This document shows positions 46,449-56,332 of a stretch of 64,000 bases of DNA, one piece after another (the stretch's first letter is position 1; every line of letters begins with the position of its first letter). This stretch comes from an uncultured Candidatus Marinamargulisbacteria bacterium (GTDB lineage Bacteria > Margulisbacteria > Riflemargulisbacteria > GWF2-35-9 > DYQY01). A program made the position numbers and the translations under genes. The stretch spans positions 230,952 to 294,951 of the forward strand of contig CAYSAQ010000002.1 of the NCBI GenBank assembly GCA_964429235.1. Direction: 5' to 3'. Below the pieces are notes generated by a model. It worked only from the letters and a program-made list of their open reading frames with translations, did no database searches and was not told where the DNA came from.

Positions 46449-47444
46449 ATGAAAATAGCATTGGATGCAATGGGAGGAGATTTCGCCCCGAAGAACGAAG
46501 TTCTTGGTGCGATTGATGCTGTCCGCAAAAATTCAAAAATAGAAGTTGTTTTAGTCGGTGACGAAAAAGCAATAAACGAGGAGCTAGCAAAATATAAAAC
46601 GCGAAAGCGTATTTCTGTTGTACATGCTAGTGACCGAATAAGCATGAATGAACATCCTACAAAAGCAATTAAGAATAGCGACTCATCATTGATGGTTGCT
46701 ATTAAGATTTTAAAAGAAGGTAACGTAGATGCACTTGTATCTGCTGGAAACACTGGCGCAGTATTAGCTGCTTCTATATTTAAGATTGGAAGAATCGAGA
46801 ATGTAGAGAGACCAGGCATCGTTGCCGTATTCCCAACAATAGGCAAGCCAATAGTCGCACTAGACCTTGGTGCGAATGCTGATTGTAAGCCAAAGCACTT
46901 GGTTCAATTTGCAAAAATGGGATCTATATATTCGCAGCATAGATTTGGCATAGAGAAGCCAGAAGTAGCAATCCTTAATATAGGCGAAGAAGAAAAAAAA
47001 GGTAACGAGCTTACCACTGAGACATATCAAATATTAAAAAAAGATAAAGCGGTTAACTTTGTTGGCAACCTAGAGCCACAATATATATTTTCAGGTAAAG
47101 TAGATGTTGTTGTTTGTGATGGGTTTGTTGGAAATGTTGTCTTGAAGCTAGGAGAAGGACTTGTCTCTATGGTGTTTAAACTAATAAAAGCAACTATTAA
47201 GAAAAGCCTAATGGCTATGTTTGGCGCTGTGTTTATGGTTCCTGCATTAAAAAAGATTAAAAAGAAATTCGATTATGATGAGTTCGGAGGAACATTGTTA
47301 TTAGGAGTAAAAAAACCAGTAATAATTGCTCATGGATCAGCTAGCCCAAAAGCATTAAGAAATGCAATTGGCGAAGCAGCTATTATGGTTGAGGAAAATG
47401 TTGTTGATGATATTAGAAATATTTTAGTTGAAGAAGAAAAATAA
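46449..47444 (+). CDS. plsX: phosphate acyltransferase PlsX
   Basis: MKIALDAMGGDFAP N-terminus with the rpmF-plsX-fabH arrangement. Confidence 0.93.
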   Translation: MKIALDAMGGDFAPKNEVLGAIDAVRKNSKIEVVLVGDEKAINEELAKYKTRKRISVVHASDRISMNEHPTKAIKNSDSSLMVAIKILKEGNVDALVSAGNTGAVLAASIFKIGRIENVERPGIVAVFPTIGKPIVALDLGANADCKPKHLVQFAKMGSIYSQHRFGIEKPEVAILNIGEEEKKGNELTTETYQILKKDKAVNFVGNLEPQYIFSGKVDVVVCDGFVGNVVLKLGEGLVSMVFKLIKATIKKSLMAMFGAVFMVPALKKIKKKFDYDEFGGTLLLGVKKPVIIAHGSASPKALRNAIGEAAIMVEENVVDDIRNILVEEEK

Positions 47445-47455
47445 GAGGGGTCAGA

Positions 47456-48448
47456 ATGTCAAATAACAGTTATGGAATAATAGGCTCAGGTAACGCAATT
47501 CCAAAAAAGAAATTTATGAATGATGATTTTGTTAAGCTAGGGCTTGAAACAAATGATGAGTGGATAGCTTCACGAACAGGGATAAGACAAAGATTTATTG
47601 CAGAAGAAGAAACATCTGCAAGTTTGGCTATAGAAGCAGCAAGTAAAGCAATTGATAATGCGGGTATTGATAAAGATGATGTCGACCTTATTATAGTTGC
47701 CACAACAACTCCAGATTATCAATTGTTTCCATCTACTGCTTGTTTGGTTCAAGGCGCATTAGATATAAAGGAGACAGCAGCTTTTGATATTAGCGCTGCT
47801 TGTACTGGTTTTATTTATGCACTTGATACAGCAGTAAAGATGATGAAATCAGGGTTATATAAGAATGCATTAGTAATTGGGACGGACACATTAAGCAAAT
47901 ATTGCGACTGGAAAGATCGTTCTACAGTTGTTCTTTTTGGTGATGGCGCAGGCGCTGTCGTTTTAGGTAAGGTAGAAGATGGATATGGTTTGCTTTCTTC
48001 ATATCTTGGCGCTAAAGGTCAGGACTATGATAAATTGATTATTCCAAAGGGTGGATCAAAGGAAAAACTAACCAAAGAGACAGTTAACGACCCACTAGCT
48101 TCCATCCAAATGGATGGCCGAGCAATTTACAAATTCGCAATAAATATTATTGTGAAAATGATGGATGAAGCTTTAGCTACTGCTGGGCTGAAGAAAGAGG
48201 ACGTTACCTTCTTAATACCGCATCAAGCGAACAAAAGAATGATCGATTATGCGCAAGATAAGTTAGGATTGTCGGATAATCAGGTGTATGTTAACATTGA
48301 CAAATATGGCAATACATCCGGCGCATCAATCCCAATAGCAATCACTGAAGTAATGAGCAAAAACCTCCTTAAAAAAGGAGATATAGTGATAACTGTGGGC
48401 TTTGGCGCAGGGCTTACCTACGGGGCAAATGTTATTAAATGGATATAA
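47456..48448 (+). CDS. fabH: 3-oxoacyl-ACP synthase III
   Basis: 330 aa with active-site Cys context FDISAACTGFIYAL and the C-terminal HQANKRMIDY / GNTSGASIP motifs. Confidence 0.93.
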   Translation: MSNNSYGIIGSGNAIPKKKFMNDDFVKLGLETNDEWIASRTGIRQRFIAEEETSASLAIEAASKAIDNAGIDKDDVDLIIVATTTPDYQLFPSTACLVQGALDIKETAAFDISAACTGFIYALDTAVKMMKSGLYKNALVIGTDTLSKYCDWKDRSTVVLFGDGAGAVVLGKVEDGYGLLSSYLGAKGQDYDKLIIPKGGSKEKLTKETVNDPLASIQMDGRAIYKFAINIIVKMMDEALATAGLKKEDVTFLIPHQANKRMIDYAQDKLGLSDNQVYVNIDKYGNTSGASIPIAITEVMSKNLLKKGDIVITVGFGAGLTYGANVIKWI

Positions 48449-48479
48449 AAAAAACATATAAAAAAATAGGAGGAAAAAA

Positions 48480-49640
48480 GTGGAATATTTCTTAACAGAC
48501 GAACAAAAAATGATCGTTGATCTATCAAAAAAGATTACGGACGAATATATCATTCCAGAAAGAGCAAGATTAGATAAGGAAGAAATCTTCCCAACAGAAA
48601 TCTTAAAGAAGATTGCAGAAGCTGATCTTTATGGACTATATATCCCAGAAGCATATGGTGGCTTCGGTGGTGGAGTTATGGACTTCATATTAGCAGTAGA
48701 AGAATTTAGTAAAGGATGTATCGGCGTATCTGTGTCTTTCGCAGCAAACGCTCTTGGTATTTATCCTGTTCTAGCTTTCGGAACTGAAGAACAAAAACAA
48801 AAATATTTACCAGCTATAGCAGCTGGTACAAGCCAAGCAGCTTTCGGCCTTACAGAAGCTAACGCTGGGTCAGACGCAGGCGGAGTTCAAGCTACTGCAG
48901 AACTAAAAGGGGATCATTATATTCTTAATGGTACAAAACAATGGATAACAAATGGCGCAGAAGCTGATACTTATACTGTTATTGCTATGACAGATAAGAA
49001 CAAAGGTGCTCGCGGAGCATCTGCTTTCATCGTTGAAAAAGGATGGGAAGGTTTTACTTTCGGTAAGAAAGAAGACAAGTTAGGTATTAGAGCTAGTTCT
49101 ACTACTGAGCTTATTTTCCAAGACGTTAAAGTTCCTAAAGAAAATTTATTAGGTAGAGAAGGAGTGGGTTTTATCATTGCTATGAAAAACTTAGACCATT
49201 CTAGACCAGGTATCGCAGCTCAGGGTGTAGGACTTGCACAAGGAGCTATGGAAGCAGCTGTTAAATACTCTAGAGAAAGAGTTCAGTTTGGTAAGCCAAT
49301 ATCTTCTTTCCAAGCTAACCAACATAAGTTAGCTAATATGGCTACACAGATTGAAGCATCAAGAGCTCTTTTATATCAAACAGCTAAGAATATTGATTCT
49401 GGTGTAAAAGATTTTTCAAGAGCATCAGCTATGTGCAAACTTATGGCTACAGACGTATGTATGGCTACAACAAATGAAGCACTACAGATTTTTGGTGGAT
49501 ATGGTTATATGAAAGAATATCCTATCGAAAAAATGTTTAGAGATGCTAAGATTCTTCAGATTTATGAAGGCACAAACGAAATTCAGAGAAATGTTATTGC
49601 TTTGGATGTAATCAAAGAAAGCGCAAGAAAAGACAAGTAG
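48480..49640 (+). CDS. acyl-CoA dehydrogenase (butyryl-CoA dehydrogenase-like)
   Basis: 386 aa with ACAD motifs (GLTEANAGSDAGG; QIFGGYGYMKEYPIEKMFRDAKILQIYEGTNEIQR). Confidence 0.9.
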   Translation: MEYFLTDEQKMIVDLSKKITDEYIIPERARLDKEEIFPTEILKKIAEADLYGLYIPEAYGGFGGGVMDFILAVEEFSKGCIGVSVSFAANALGIYPVLAFGTEEQKQKYLPAIAAGTSQAAFGLTEANAGSDAGGVQATAELKGDHYILNGTKQWITNGAEADTYTVIAMTDKNKGARGASAFIVEKGWEGFTFGKKEDKLGIRASSTTELIFQDVKVPKENLLGREGVGFIIAMKNLDHSRPGIAAQGVGLAQGAMEAAVKYSRERVQFGKPISSFQANQHKLANMATQIEASRALLYQTAKNIDSGVKDFSRASAMCKLMATDVCMATTNEALQIFGGYGYMKEYPIEKMFRDAKILQIYEGTNEIQRNVIALDVIKESARKDK

Positions 49641-49660
49641 TCTTTAGGAGGTAGAGTTAA

Positions 49661-50446
49661 ATGAATATTGCAGTTTGTATTAAACAGGTGCCTGACTCAG
49701 ACAAGGTTACTATCGATAGAGAGACTAACCGTCTAAATAGAGTAGGTGTTCCTAGTGTTATCAATCCATTCGATGAGAATGCATTAGAAATGGCACTTCA
49801 AATGAAAGAACAGTATGGAGCGAAGGTAACAGTTATTACTATGGGACCTCCTCAAGCAGAGCAAGCTTTGAGAGAAGCTATTTCTGTTGGAGCTGATGAA
49901 GCTATTCTTGTTACAGATAGAAAGTTTGCTGGAGCAGATACTTGGGCAACTTCTTATACTTTGAGCATGGTTGTTAAAAAGGCTGGAGATTTTGATCTTA
50001 TTCTTTTTGGTAAGCAAGCAATAGATGGTGATACTGCACAGGTTGGACCTGGCGTAGCGCACTTCCTTGATATTCCTGTTGTTACTTATGTTAAAGAAGC
50101 AGAGAAAACAGATACAGGATATAAAGTGAAAAGAGTAACTGAAGAAGGTTATCAGATTTGGGAAGTAGATGGTACCGCTGCATTTACTATAGTAAAAGAG
50201 GCAAACACAATGAGATTGCCTTCTTTAAAAGGTAAAATGAGAGCAAAGAGTGCGCCAATTACAACTTGGGGTGCGGAAGATATAGGAGCAGAAGATGCGA
50301 AGATCGGTCTTAACGGTTCTCCTACTATCGTAAGAAAAGTATTTGCTCCACCAATTAAAACAAATAGAGAAACAATTGATAACGAAGACGTGACTCAAGC
50401 AGTTAAAGAACTGGTTGGGAAGCTAAAGGAGAGGAAGATACTATGA
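49661..50446 (+). CDS. etfB: electron transfer flavoprotein subunit beta
   Basis: 261 aa with MNIAVCIKQVPD N-terminus typical of EtfB. Confidence 0.9.
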   Translation: MNIAVCIKQVPDSDKVTIDRETNRLNRVGVPSVINPFDENALEMALQMKEQYGAKVTVITMGPPQAEQALREAISVGADEAILVTDRKFAGADTWATSYTLSMVVKKAGDFDLILFGKQAIDGDTAQVGPGVAHFLDIPVVTYVKEAEKTDTGYKVKRVTEEGYQIWEVDGTAAFTIVKEANTMRLPSLKGKMRAKSAPITTWGAEDIGAEDAKIGLNGSPTIVRKVFAPPIKTNRETIDNEDVTQAVKELVGKLKERKIL

Positions 50447-51432
50447 GCGAGATTTGGATTTTTGCAGAACAACGTGACGGTGTAATAACTAAAGCGACTT
50501 TAGAATTGTTAAGCGAAGGACAGATATTAGCTGACAAGTCTGGCTATACTTTATGTGCGGTTCTATTATCAGCTGATGATAGTGACTTACTACAGCTTCT
50601 ATATAACTATGGAGCAAAGAAAGTATATTCAGCAGTAGATCCTAAACTGTCTTATTATCAGAATGATTATTATGCAAAGGTAATTGCTGACCTTGTGAAA
50701 GAAAACAAGCCAGAGATTATTCTTTATGGTGCAACTAGTGTTGGCAGAAGCTTAGCCCCAACAGTTGCCGTAATGGTAGATGCTGGACTTACAGCAGACT
50801 GTACTGAATTAGATTTTGATACAGAAGAAATGTTACTTACACAGACTAGACCTGCTTTTGGTGGAAACATCATGGCAACTATTCTTTGTCCTAACCATAG
50901 ACCACAAATGTCTACAGTTAGACCTAATGTTTTTAAGAAAACAGAAATAGGCACAAAAGAAAAAGGTGAAAAAATTGCTGTTAAAGCAGATCTTTCATCC
51001 ATAAAAGATAGAATGAGAATGATTGAAGAGACTCATGAAGAGTCTGATGCTATTGATCTTAGTGAAGCAGAAATTATTGTTTCTGGTGGCAGAGGAGTAG
51101 GTTCTAAAGAAAACTTCGCAATAATCGATGCCTTAGCTAAAGAAATAGGCGCAGGAGTAGGCGCTTCAAGAGCCACTGTTGATGCAGAGTGGATTGCTCA
51201 CTTTCATCAGGTTGGTCAGACAGGTAAGACAGTTTGTCCTAAGATTTACATTGCTTGTGGAATATCTGGTGCTATTCAGCACTTAGCAGGTATGCAAAGC
51301 TCTGATTTAGTCATTGCTGTTAATAAAGATCCTGAAGCACCAATTTTTGGTGTAGCAGATATCGGAGTTGTTGGCGATTTGCATGCGATAGTTCCGGAAC
51401 TAACAAAACAAATAAAGGCATCTAAGAGCTAA
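50443..51432 (+). CDS. etfA: electron transfer flavoprotein subunit alpha
   Basis: 329 aa with the C-terminal FAD-binding region (IVSGGRGVGSKENF...YIACGISGAIQHLAGM). Overlaps etfB by 4 nt. Confidence 0.9.
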   Translation: MSEIWIFAEQRDGVITKATLELLSEGQILADKSGYTLCAVLLSADDSDLLQLLYNYGAKKVYSAVDPKLSYYQNDYYAKVIADLVKENKPEIILYGATSVGRSLAPTVAVMVDAGLTADCTELDFDTEEMLLTQTRPAFGGNIMATILCPNHRPQMSTVRPNVFKKTEIGTKEKGEKIAVKADLSSIKDRMRMIEETHEESDAIDLSEAEIIVSGGRGVGSKENFAIIDALAKEIGAGVGASRATVDAEWIAHFHQVGQTGKTVCPKIYIACGISGAIQHLAGMQSSDLVIAVNKDPEAPIFGVADIGVVGDLHAIVPELTKQIKASKS

Positions 51433-51433
51433 A

Positions 51434-52351
51434 ATGAGCAGTACAGCTTTTATATATCCAGGACAGGGTTCTCAATTTGTGGGTATGGCTAAATCTATGG
51501 TTGAATCAAACCTAGATTTCTTTGCTGACCATATTGAGGTTATTAATGAAATTTGTGGAGAAGACTTTTTAGAGCTTATGTTCGAAGGTCCGATAGAAGA
51601 CCTTAGTGTAACTACAAATACTCAGCCTGCATTATTTATTGCATCTGCTTTAGTAACGGACCTTTTAAAAGAGAAGGGTGCTAATCCTAAGTTTGTCGCA
51701 GGACATAGTTTAGGAGAGTATTCCGCGTTATATGCAGCAGAAGTTTTCAATTTTCGCACAGGGCTCACTCTTGTTAAACAAAGAGGCGATATGATGAACA
51801 AAGCAGTTCCTGCTGGAGTAGGAACAATGGCAGCAATTATTGGACTAGCTCCTGAGAAAATCGAAGAGATTTCAAAAGACGCTGGTATTGAAGTTGCTAA
51901 CTATAACAATGCATCACAAATAATTGTTTCAGGTGAAAAAGAAAAAGTTGTAGCTAGTTTGGTAGCATTTAGTGAAGCTGGAGCAAAGAGAGCCATGGAG
52001 CTTAATGTAAGTGGACCATTTCATTCATCATTAATGAAACCAATGGCAGATGAATTTTCTCAGTTTTTGAGTGATATGGATTTTGTAGATGCAAAGATTC
52101 CCGTAGTTACAAATGTAGATGCTATGATTACAACAGATGCGAATGAAATCAAAAAAAAGCTAGTAAAACAATTGTACTCTTCAGTATACTGGATGCAGTC
52201 AGTTGAAAAACTAACAGCAAAAGGCGTGGACTCATATATTGAGTGCGGAGCTGGTAAAGTATTAACTGGGATTACAAAAAGAATTAGTAAAACTTCTCAA
52301 TTCACAGCTATTGATAATAGCGATGATTTGATAAGATATATTGAAGGATAA
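51434..52351 (+). CDS. fabD: malonyl CoA-ACP transacylase
   Basis: FIYPGQGSQFVGM and the active-site GHSLGEYSALYAA motif. Confidence 0.93.
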   Translation: MSSTAFIYPGQGSQFVGMAKSMVESNLDFFADHIEVINEICGEDFLELMFEGPIEDLSVTTNTQPALFIASALVTDLLKEKGANPKFVAGHSLGEYSALYAAEVFNFRTGLTLVKQRGDMMNKAVPAGVGTMAAIIGLAPEKIEEISKDAGIEVANYNNASQIIVSGEKEKVVASLVAFSEAGAKRAMELNVSGPFHSSLMKPMADEFSQFLSDMDFVDAKIPVVTNVDAMITTDANEIKKKLVKQLYSSVYWMQSVEKLTAKGVDSYIECGAGKVLTGITKRISKTSQFTAIDNSDDLIRYIEG

Positions 52352-52364
52352 AGAGGAGGAGCTT

Positions 52365-53099
52365 ATGAGTTTAAAAGGAAAAGTTGCCGTAGTTACTGGC
52401 GGTTCAAGAGGGATTGGGAAAGCAATCGCTTTAGAATTAGCAGGAAAAGGCGCAGATATTGCAATTTTAGATATGATGACAAGCGATACACCAGCAGAAA
52501 TAGAAAAGTTAGGCGTAAGAGCTATAGAAGTAAAGTGTGATGTTTCTGATGCAGAAAAAGCAGATGCCTCTATTAAAGAAGTAATAGAAAAGCTTGGCGC
52601 TGTAGACATTCTTGTTAATAACGCAGGAATCACAAGAGATAATTTAATGTTAAGAATGAAGATTGAAGAGTGGAATGCAGTTATTAACATTAATCTTACT
52701 GGTGTATATAACATGTCTAAGGCAGTTGTTAGACCAATGATGAAAGCTAAAAGCGGGAAGATAGTAAATATCGCTTCAGTTGTTGGGCAGATGGGTAATG
52801 CTGGACAAGCAAACTATTCTGCTGCGAAAGCTGGTGTAATTGGCCTTACAAAAACAATAGCAAGAGAGTTTGCAAAGAAAAATATTCAAGCAAACGCTGT
52901 TGCCCCAGGATTTATAAAAACAGAAATGACAGAAAAATTATCACAAGATGTTATTGATCATTTCAATAACAATATTCCTTCAGGTACATTTGGTACTCCT
53001 GAGGATGTTGCAAAAGCTGTAGCATTTTTGAGCTCAGCTGATTCCCAATACATAACCGGTCAGGTCATCAATGTTGATGGCGGACTTGTAATGAGTTAG
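52365..53099 (+). CDS. fabG: 3-oxoacyl-ACP reductase
   Basis: SDR motifs (VVTGGSRGIGKAIA; NNAGI; YSAAKAG). I prefer ATG at 52365 with aggagga 6 nt upstream over the track's TTG at 52341. Confidence 0.93.
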   Translation: MSLKGKVAVVTGGSRGIGKAIALELAGKGADIAILDMMTSDTPAEIEKLGVRAIEVKCDVSDAEKADASIKEVIEKLGAVDILVNNAGITRDNLMLRMKIEEWNAVININLTGVYNMSKAVVRPMMKAKSGKIVNIASVVGQMGNAGQANYSAAKAGVIGLTKTIAREFAKKNIQANAVAPGFIKTEMTEKLSQDVIDHFNNNIPSGTFGTPEDVAKAVAFLSSADSQYITGQVINVDGGLVMS

Positions 53100-53127
53100 T
53101 TTTTAAATAATAAGGAGGTGAATAAGA

Positions 53128-53367
53128 ATGAATGAACAAGAAATTTATGAAAAAGTTAAAGCAGTTGTTGTAGAACAATTAGGTGTTAGCGAAAGTGAAG
53201 TAACGAAAGAAGCTTCATTCGTTGATGATCTAGGAGCTGATTCTCTAGATAGCGTTGAATTATTAATGGCGTTAGAGGAAGAATTCGGTACTGAGATTTC
53301 TGATGATGATGCAGAAGGACTTAAGTCTGTATCTGATACTGTTACTTATATCGGCGGTAAGCTGTAA
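53128..53367 (+). CDS. acpP: acyl carrier protein
   Basis: 79 aa with the phosphopantetheine attachment motif [20 protein letters not shown]. Confidence 0.93.
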   Translation: MNEQEIYEKVKAVVVEQLGVSESEVTKEASFVDDLGADSLDSVELLMALEEEFGTEISDDDAEGLKSVSDTVTYIGGKL

Positions 53368-53384
53368 AAATAATAATTTTTAAT

Positions 53385-53403
53385 AGGAGGACTCAGTCCT
53401 CCT
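53385..53403. terminator. intra-operon stem-loop after acpP (possible attenuator or partial terminator)
   Basis: Near-palindrome aggaggact-c-agtcctcct lies 18 nt after the acpP stop and about 20 nt before fabK, followed by tgtt. The stem contains an SD-like aggagg. Confidence 0.4.
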
Positions 53404-53423
53404 GTTAAAGAAAGAAAATAATT

Positions 53424-54383
53424 ATGGAATTAAAACTAGTTAAGATAAAAAATCACAAGAAAGTACTCCCGATTATTCAGGGAGGAATGGCCATTAGAAT
53501 CTCTACCGGTAATTTAGCCGGTGCAGTTGCAGCAGAAAATGCAATTGGACTCATCGCAGCGTCAGGAATGTCGATGGATGAAGTAGTTGAAGAAGTAGAA
53601 ATAGCAAGAGAAAAATCACAGGGAAATGGGCTCGTAGGCGTTAACATCATGGTAGCAGCTACTGAATGTCTTGACCTGGTAAGAACATCGTTAGAAGCAG
53701 CTGTTGACCTTATTGTTGTAGGAGCAGGGTTTTCTAAAGACGTATTTAAAATTATTAAAGAAAGCAATTCGAAGACAGCAGTAGTTCCTGTTGTATCTTC
53801 TGCAAAGGCAGCCAGATTGTCTTATAAACTAGGTGCAGACGCAATAGTAGTTGAAGGCACAGAAGCTGGAGGGCATCTTGGAACAGATCGTCCTATGAAA
53901 GAGATTTTACAAGAAGTTCTTGTTGAAATTGATGGTAGGATTCCTGTGTTTGCTGCAGGTGGAGTATTGTATGGAAAAGATATTTGCGAAGTTATTAATA
54001 TGGGCGCCAAGGGTGTTCAGATGGGTACTAGATTTGTAATGAGTGAAGAATGTAATGCTGATATTAAATTTAAAGAGATGTATTTAAGGTATGGGGAGAC
54101 AGAAACTGTTAAGTTTTTGAGTCCAGCCGGATATCCTGGCAGAGCAGTCCCAAATAAATACATCGATAGAGTTAATGCTGGAGAGATAACGGATAGATGT
54201 ACGCATCTTTGTTTGAAATCATGTAGTAGAAAGTTTTGCATCATTGAGTCTTTAATAAGAGCTCAACAAGGTGATGTTGAGAATGGAATAGTTTTTGCCG
54301 GTAAGAGATTTAATGAAATTAAAGATATTCTTCCAGTTAAAACAATAATAAATAATTTAGTAACTGAAATTGCAGAGTGCTAA
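53424..54383 (+). CDS. fabK: enoyl-ACP reductase II (FabK; nitronate monooxygenase family)
   Basis: 319-aa FMN-dependent TIM-barrel with PIIQGGMA and GTEAGGHLG motifs. Its position between acpP and fabF supports FabK over a generic NMO. Confidence 0.85.
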   Translation: MELKLVKIKNHKKVLPIIQGGMAIRISTGNLAGAVAAENAIGLIAASGMSMDEVVEEVEIAREKSQGNGLVGVNIMVAATECLDLVRTSLEAAVDLIVVGAGFSKDVFKIIKESNSKTAVVPVVSSAKAARLSYKLGADAIVVEGTEAGGHLGTDRPMKEILQEVLVEIDGRIPVFAAGGVLYGKDICEVINMGAKGVQMGTRFVMSEECNADIKFKEMYLRYGETETVKFLSPAGYPGRAVPNKYIDRVNAGEITDRCTHLCLKSCSRKFCIIESLIRAQQGDVENGIVFAGKRFNEIKDILPVKTIINNLVTEIAEC

Positions 54384-54395
54384 GGAGGAATTATA

Positions 54396-55640
54396 ATGAC
54401 TAAAAAAAGAGTAGTAGTAACAGGATTAGGGATGATTTGCCCATTAGGACACGATGTAGATACAACTTGGGAGAATTTGTTAGCAGGAAAGAATGGAATC
54501 GTTTATCTTGAAGATGAAGGTTTTACCGATTTTCCAACAAGAATAGCTGGAACTGTAAAAGATTTTGACCCTGTTGAGTTTGGTATAGCACCAAAAGAAG
54601 CTAGAAGAATGTCAAGATTCTTACAGTTTGCAATTGTTGCTGCAAAAGAAGCAGTTTTAGATTCAGGATTAGATATTGAGAAAGATGCTGATTCAATTGG
54701 TGTTGGTATCGGTTCTGGTGTTGGTGGAATAGATGTAATGGCAGCTAATGCTATAGCACTTCACGAAAGAGGAGTAAGAAAAGTATCTCCTTTTACTGTG
54801 CCAATGATGATTAATGATATGGCAGCTGGAATTGTTAGTATTGAGCTTGGTGCAAAAGGACCAAACTTCTGTACAACAACAGCTTGTGCATCTGGAACTC
54901 ACACAATTGGTGATTGTTTCAAGCTTATCCAAGATGATAGAGCAATTGCTATGGTTGCAGGCGGTGCGGAAGCGGCTGTAACTCCATTAGGGATGGCTGG
55001 ATTCTGTGCAGCAAAATCTCTTTCAACTAGAAATGATGAGCCAGAAAAAGCAAGCAGACCATTTGATGCAGATCGTACTGGATTTGTAATGGGTGAAGGT
55101 TCTGGAATTATTATTTTAGAAGAATTGGAACATGCAAAAGCAAGAGGCGCAAAAATTTATGCTGAGATGATTGGCTATGGCCTATCAGGTGATGCCTATC
55201 ACTTAACAGCTCCGCCAGCTGATGGTAATGGTGCTGCTAGAGCAATCAAAATGGCTCTTAAAGATGCTGGGCTAGCCCCAACAGATGTTGATTATGTAAA
55301 CGCACACGGAACATCTACTAAGCTTAATGACCAACAAGAAACTAATGCAATAAAAACTGTATTTGGCGATCACGCTCATAACTTGATGATAAGCTCTACT
55401 AAGTCTATGACAGGTCACCTTCTTGGTGCAGCTGGTGCAATAGAAGCAATATTCTTAGCAAAGACTATTCAAGATTGTATAGTTGCTCCAACTATCAATT
55501 ACGATACTCCAGACGAAGAGCTGGACCTTGATTATGTTCCTAATGTAGCAAGAGAGGCTGAAGTTAATGTAGCTATTTCAGATTCTTTTGGATTCGGCGG
55601 ACATAACGGTGTAATTGCTATGAAGAAGTTTCTTTATTAA
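54396..55640 (+). CDS. fabF: 3-oxoacyl-ACP synthase II
   Basis: 414 aa with active-site Cys context (TTTACASGTH), His motifs (NAHGTST; GHLLGAAG) and the C-terminal NSFGFGGHN. Confidence 0.93.
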   Translation: MTKKRVVVTGLGMICPLGHDVDTTWENLLAGKNGIVYLEDEGFTDFPTRIAGTVKDFDPVEFGIAPKEARRMSRFLQFAIVAAKEAVLDSGLDIEKDADSIGVGIGSGVGGIDVMAANAIALHERGVRKVSPFTVPMMINDMAAGIVSIELGAKGPNFCTTTACASGTHTIGDCFKLIQDDRAIAMVAGGAEAAVTPLGMAGFCAAKSLSTRNDEPEKASRPFDADRTGFVMGEGSGIIILEELEHAKARGAKIYAEMIGYGLSGDAYHLTAPPADGNGAARAIKMALKDAGLAPTDVDYVNAHGTSTKLNDQQETNAIKTVFGDHAHNLMISSTKSMTGHLLGAAGAIEAIFLAKTIQDCIVAPTINYDTPDEELDLDYVPNVAREAEVNVAISDSFGFGGHNGVIAMKKFLY

Positions 55641-55666
55641 CATAAAAATATACTTATAATAGAAGC

Positions 55667-56233
55667 ATGTATGTAGCAGGCGTAGATGAAGCAGGTCGTG
55701 GAGCATTAGCTGGCCCAGTTGTGGCAGCAGCAATTGTGTTTTCTAAAGGTCAGGATATTTCTAAGTTCAGAGATTCTAAGAAACTATCTGCAAAACAGAG
55801 AGAAGCAATTTTTCAAAGTATAATCGACGAGTCGGAATCAATAGGTATTGGTGTAATACATCACGATATTATAGATCGGGTTAATATATTGCAGGCAACC
55901 TATCAGGCGATGAATAAAGCAGTGCTTCGGCTGCACCTAATGCCAACGCTGGTACTTGTTGATGGAAATCGCGAAATACCGCAATTAGAGCTCCCTCAGA
56001 AGACTATAGTGAAGGGCGACGATAAGATTCCGCTTATTTCAGCAGCATCTATTATTGCTAAAGTTGTTAGAGATAGAATTATGCTTGGATATGCTAAAGT
56101 TTTCCCTGAATATGAGTTTGAGAAACATAAGGGATATGGTACCAAGTTACATATGGAAAATATTGAGATTGCAGGGCTTAGCAGGATACATCGTAGGAGT
56201 TTTAATATTTCCAAACAGTTGGTTTTGTTTTAA
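55667..56233 (+). CDS. rnhB: ribonuclease HII
   Basis: 188 aa with the catalytic start YVAGVDEAGRGALAGPVV and the central DSKKLS motif. Confidence 0.9.
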   Translation: MYVAGVDEAGRGALAGPVVAAAIVFSKGQDISKFRDSKKLSAKQREAIFQSIIDESESIGIGVIHHDIIDRVNILQATYQAMNKAVLRLHLMPTLVLVDGNREIPQLELPQKTIVKGDDKIPLISAASIIAKVVRDRIMLGYAKVFPEYEFEKHKGYGTKLHMENIEIAGLSRIHRRSFNISKQLVLF

Positions 56234-56247
56234 CCCTTCCGTCTGCT

Positions 56248-56268
56248 AGCGCAGCCACCTTCCCTTCG
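56248..56268. repeat. GC-rich hairpin (9-bp stem) after rnhB; terminator-like but with no T-tract
   Basis: ccttccctt-cgt-aagggaagg, with a smaller ctgc-tagc-gcag hairpin at 56233-56244. Same pyrimidine-arm/purine-arm style as the other intergenic hairpins. Confidence 0.5.
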
Positions 56269-56332
56269 TAAGGGAAGGAGAATTCAGAGTGGTAACTTCA
56301 CAAAGATGTAATAATTTTGTTATAGTTATTAA

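Noticed and set aside
46331-46846. Minus-strand 171-aa ORF (and 46405-46590) antisense to rpmF and plsX
   Set aside because: It overlaps two conserved genes, and its translation is low-complexity with no start signal.
52262-52714. Minus-strand 150-aa ORF spanning the fabD-fabG junction; similar antisense ORFs in fabK (53477-54244), fabF (54693-54932), acd (48971-49177) and etfB (49784-50062)
   Set aside because: All are antisense to high-confidence FAS II or Etf genes.
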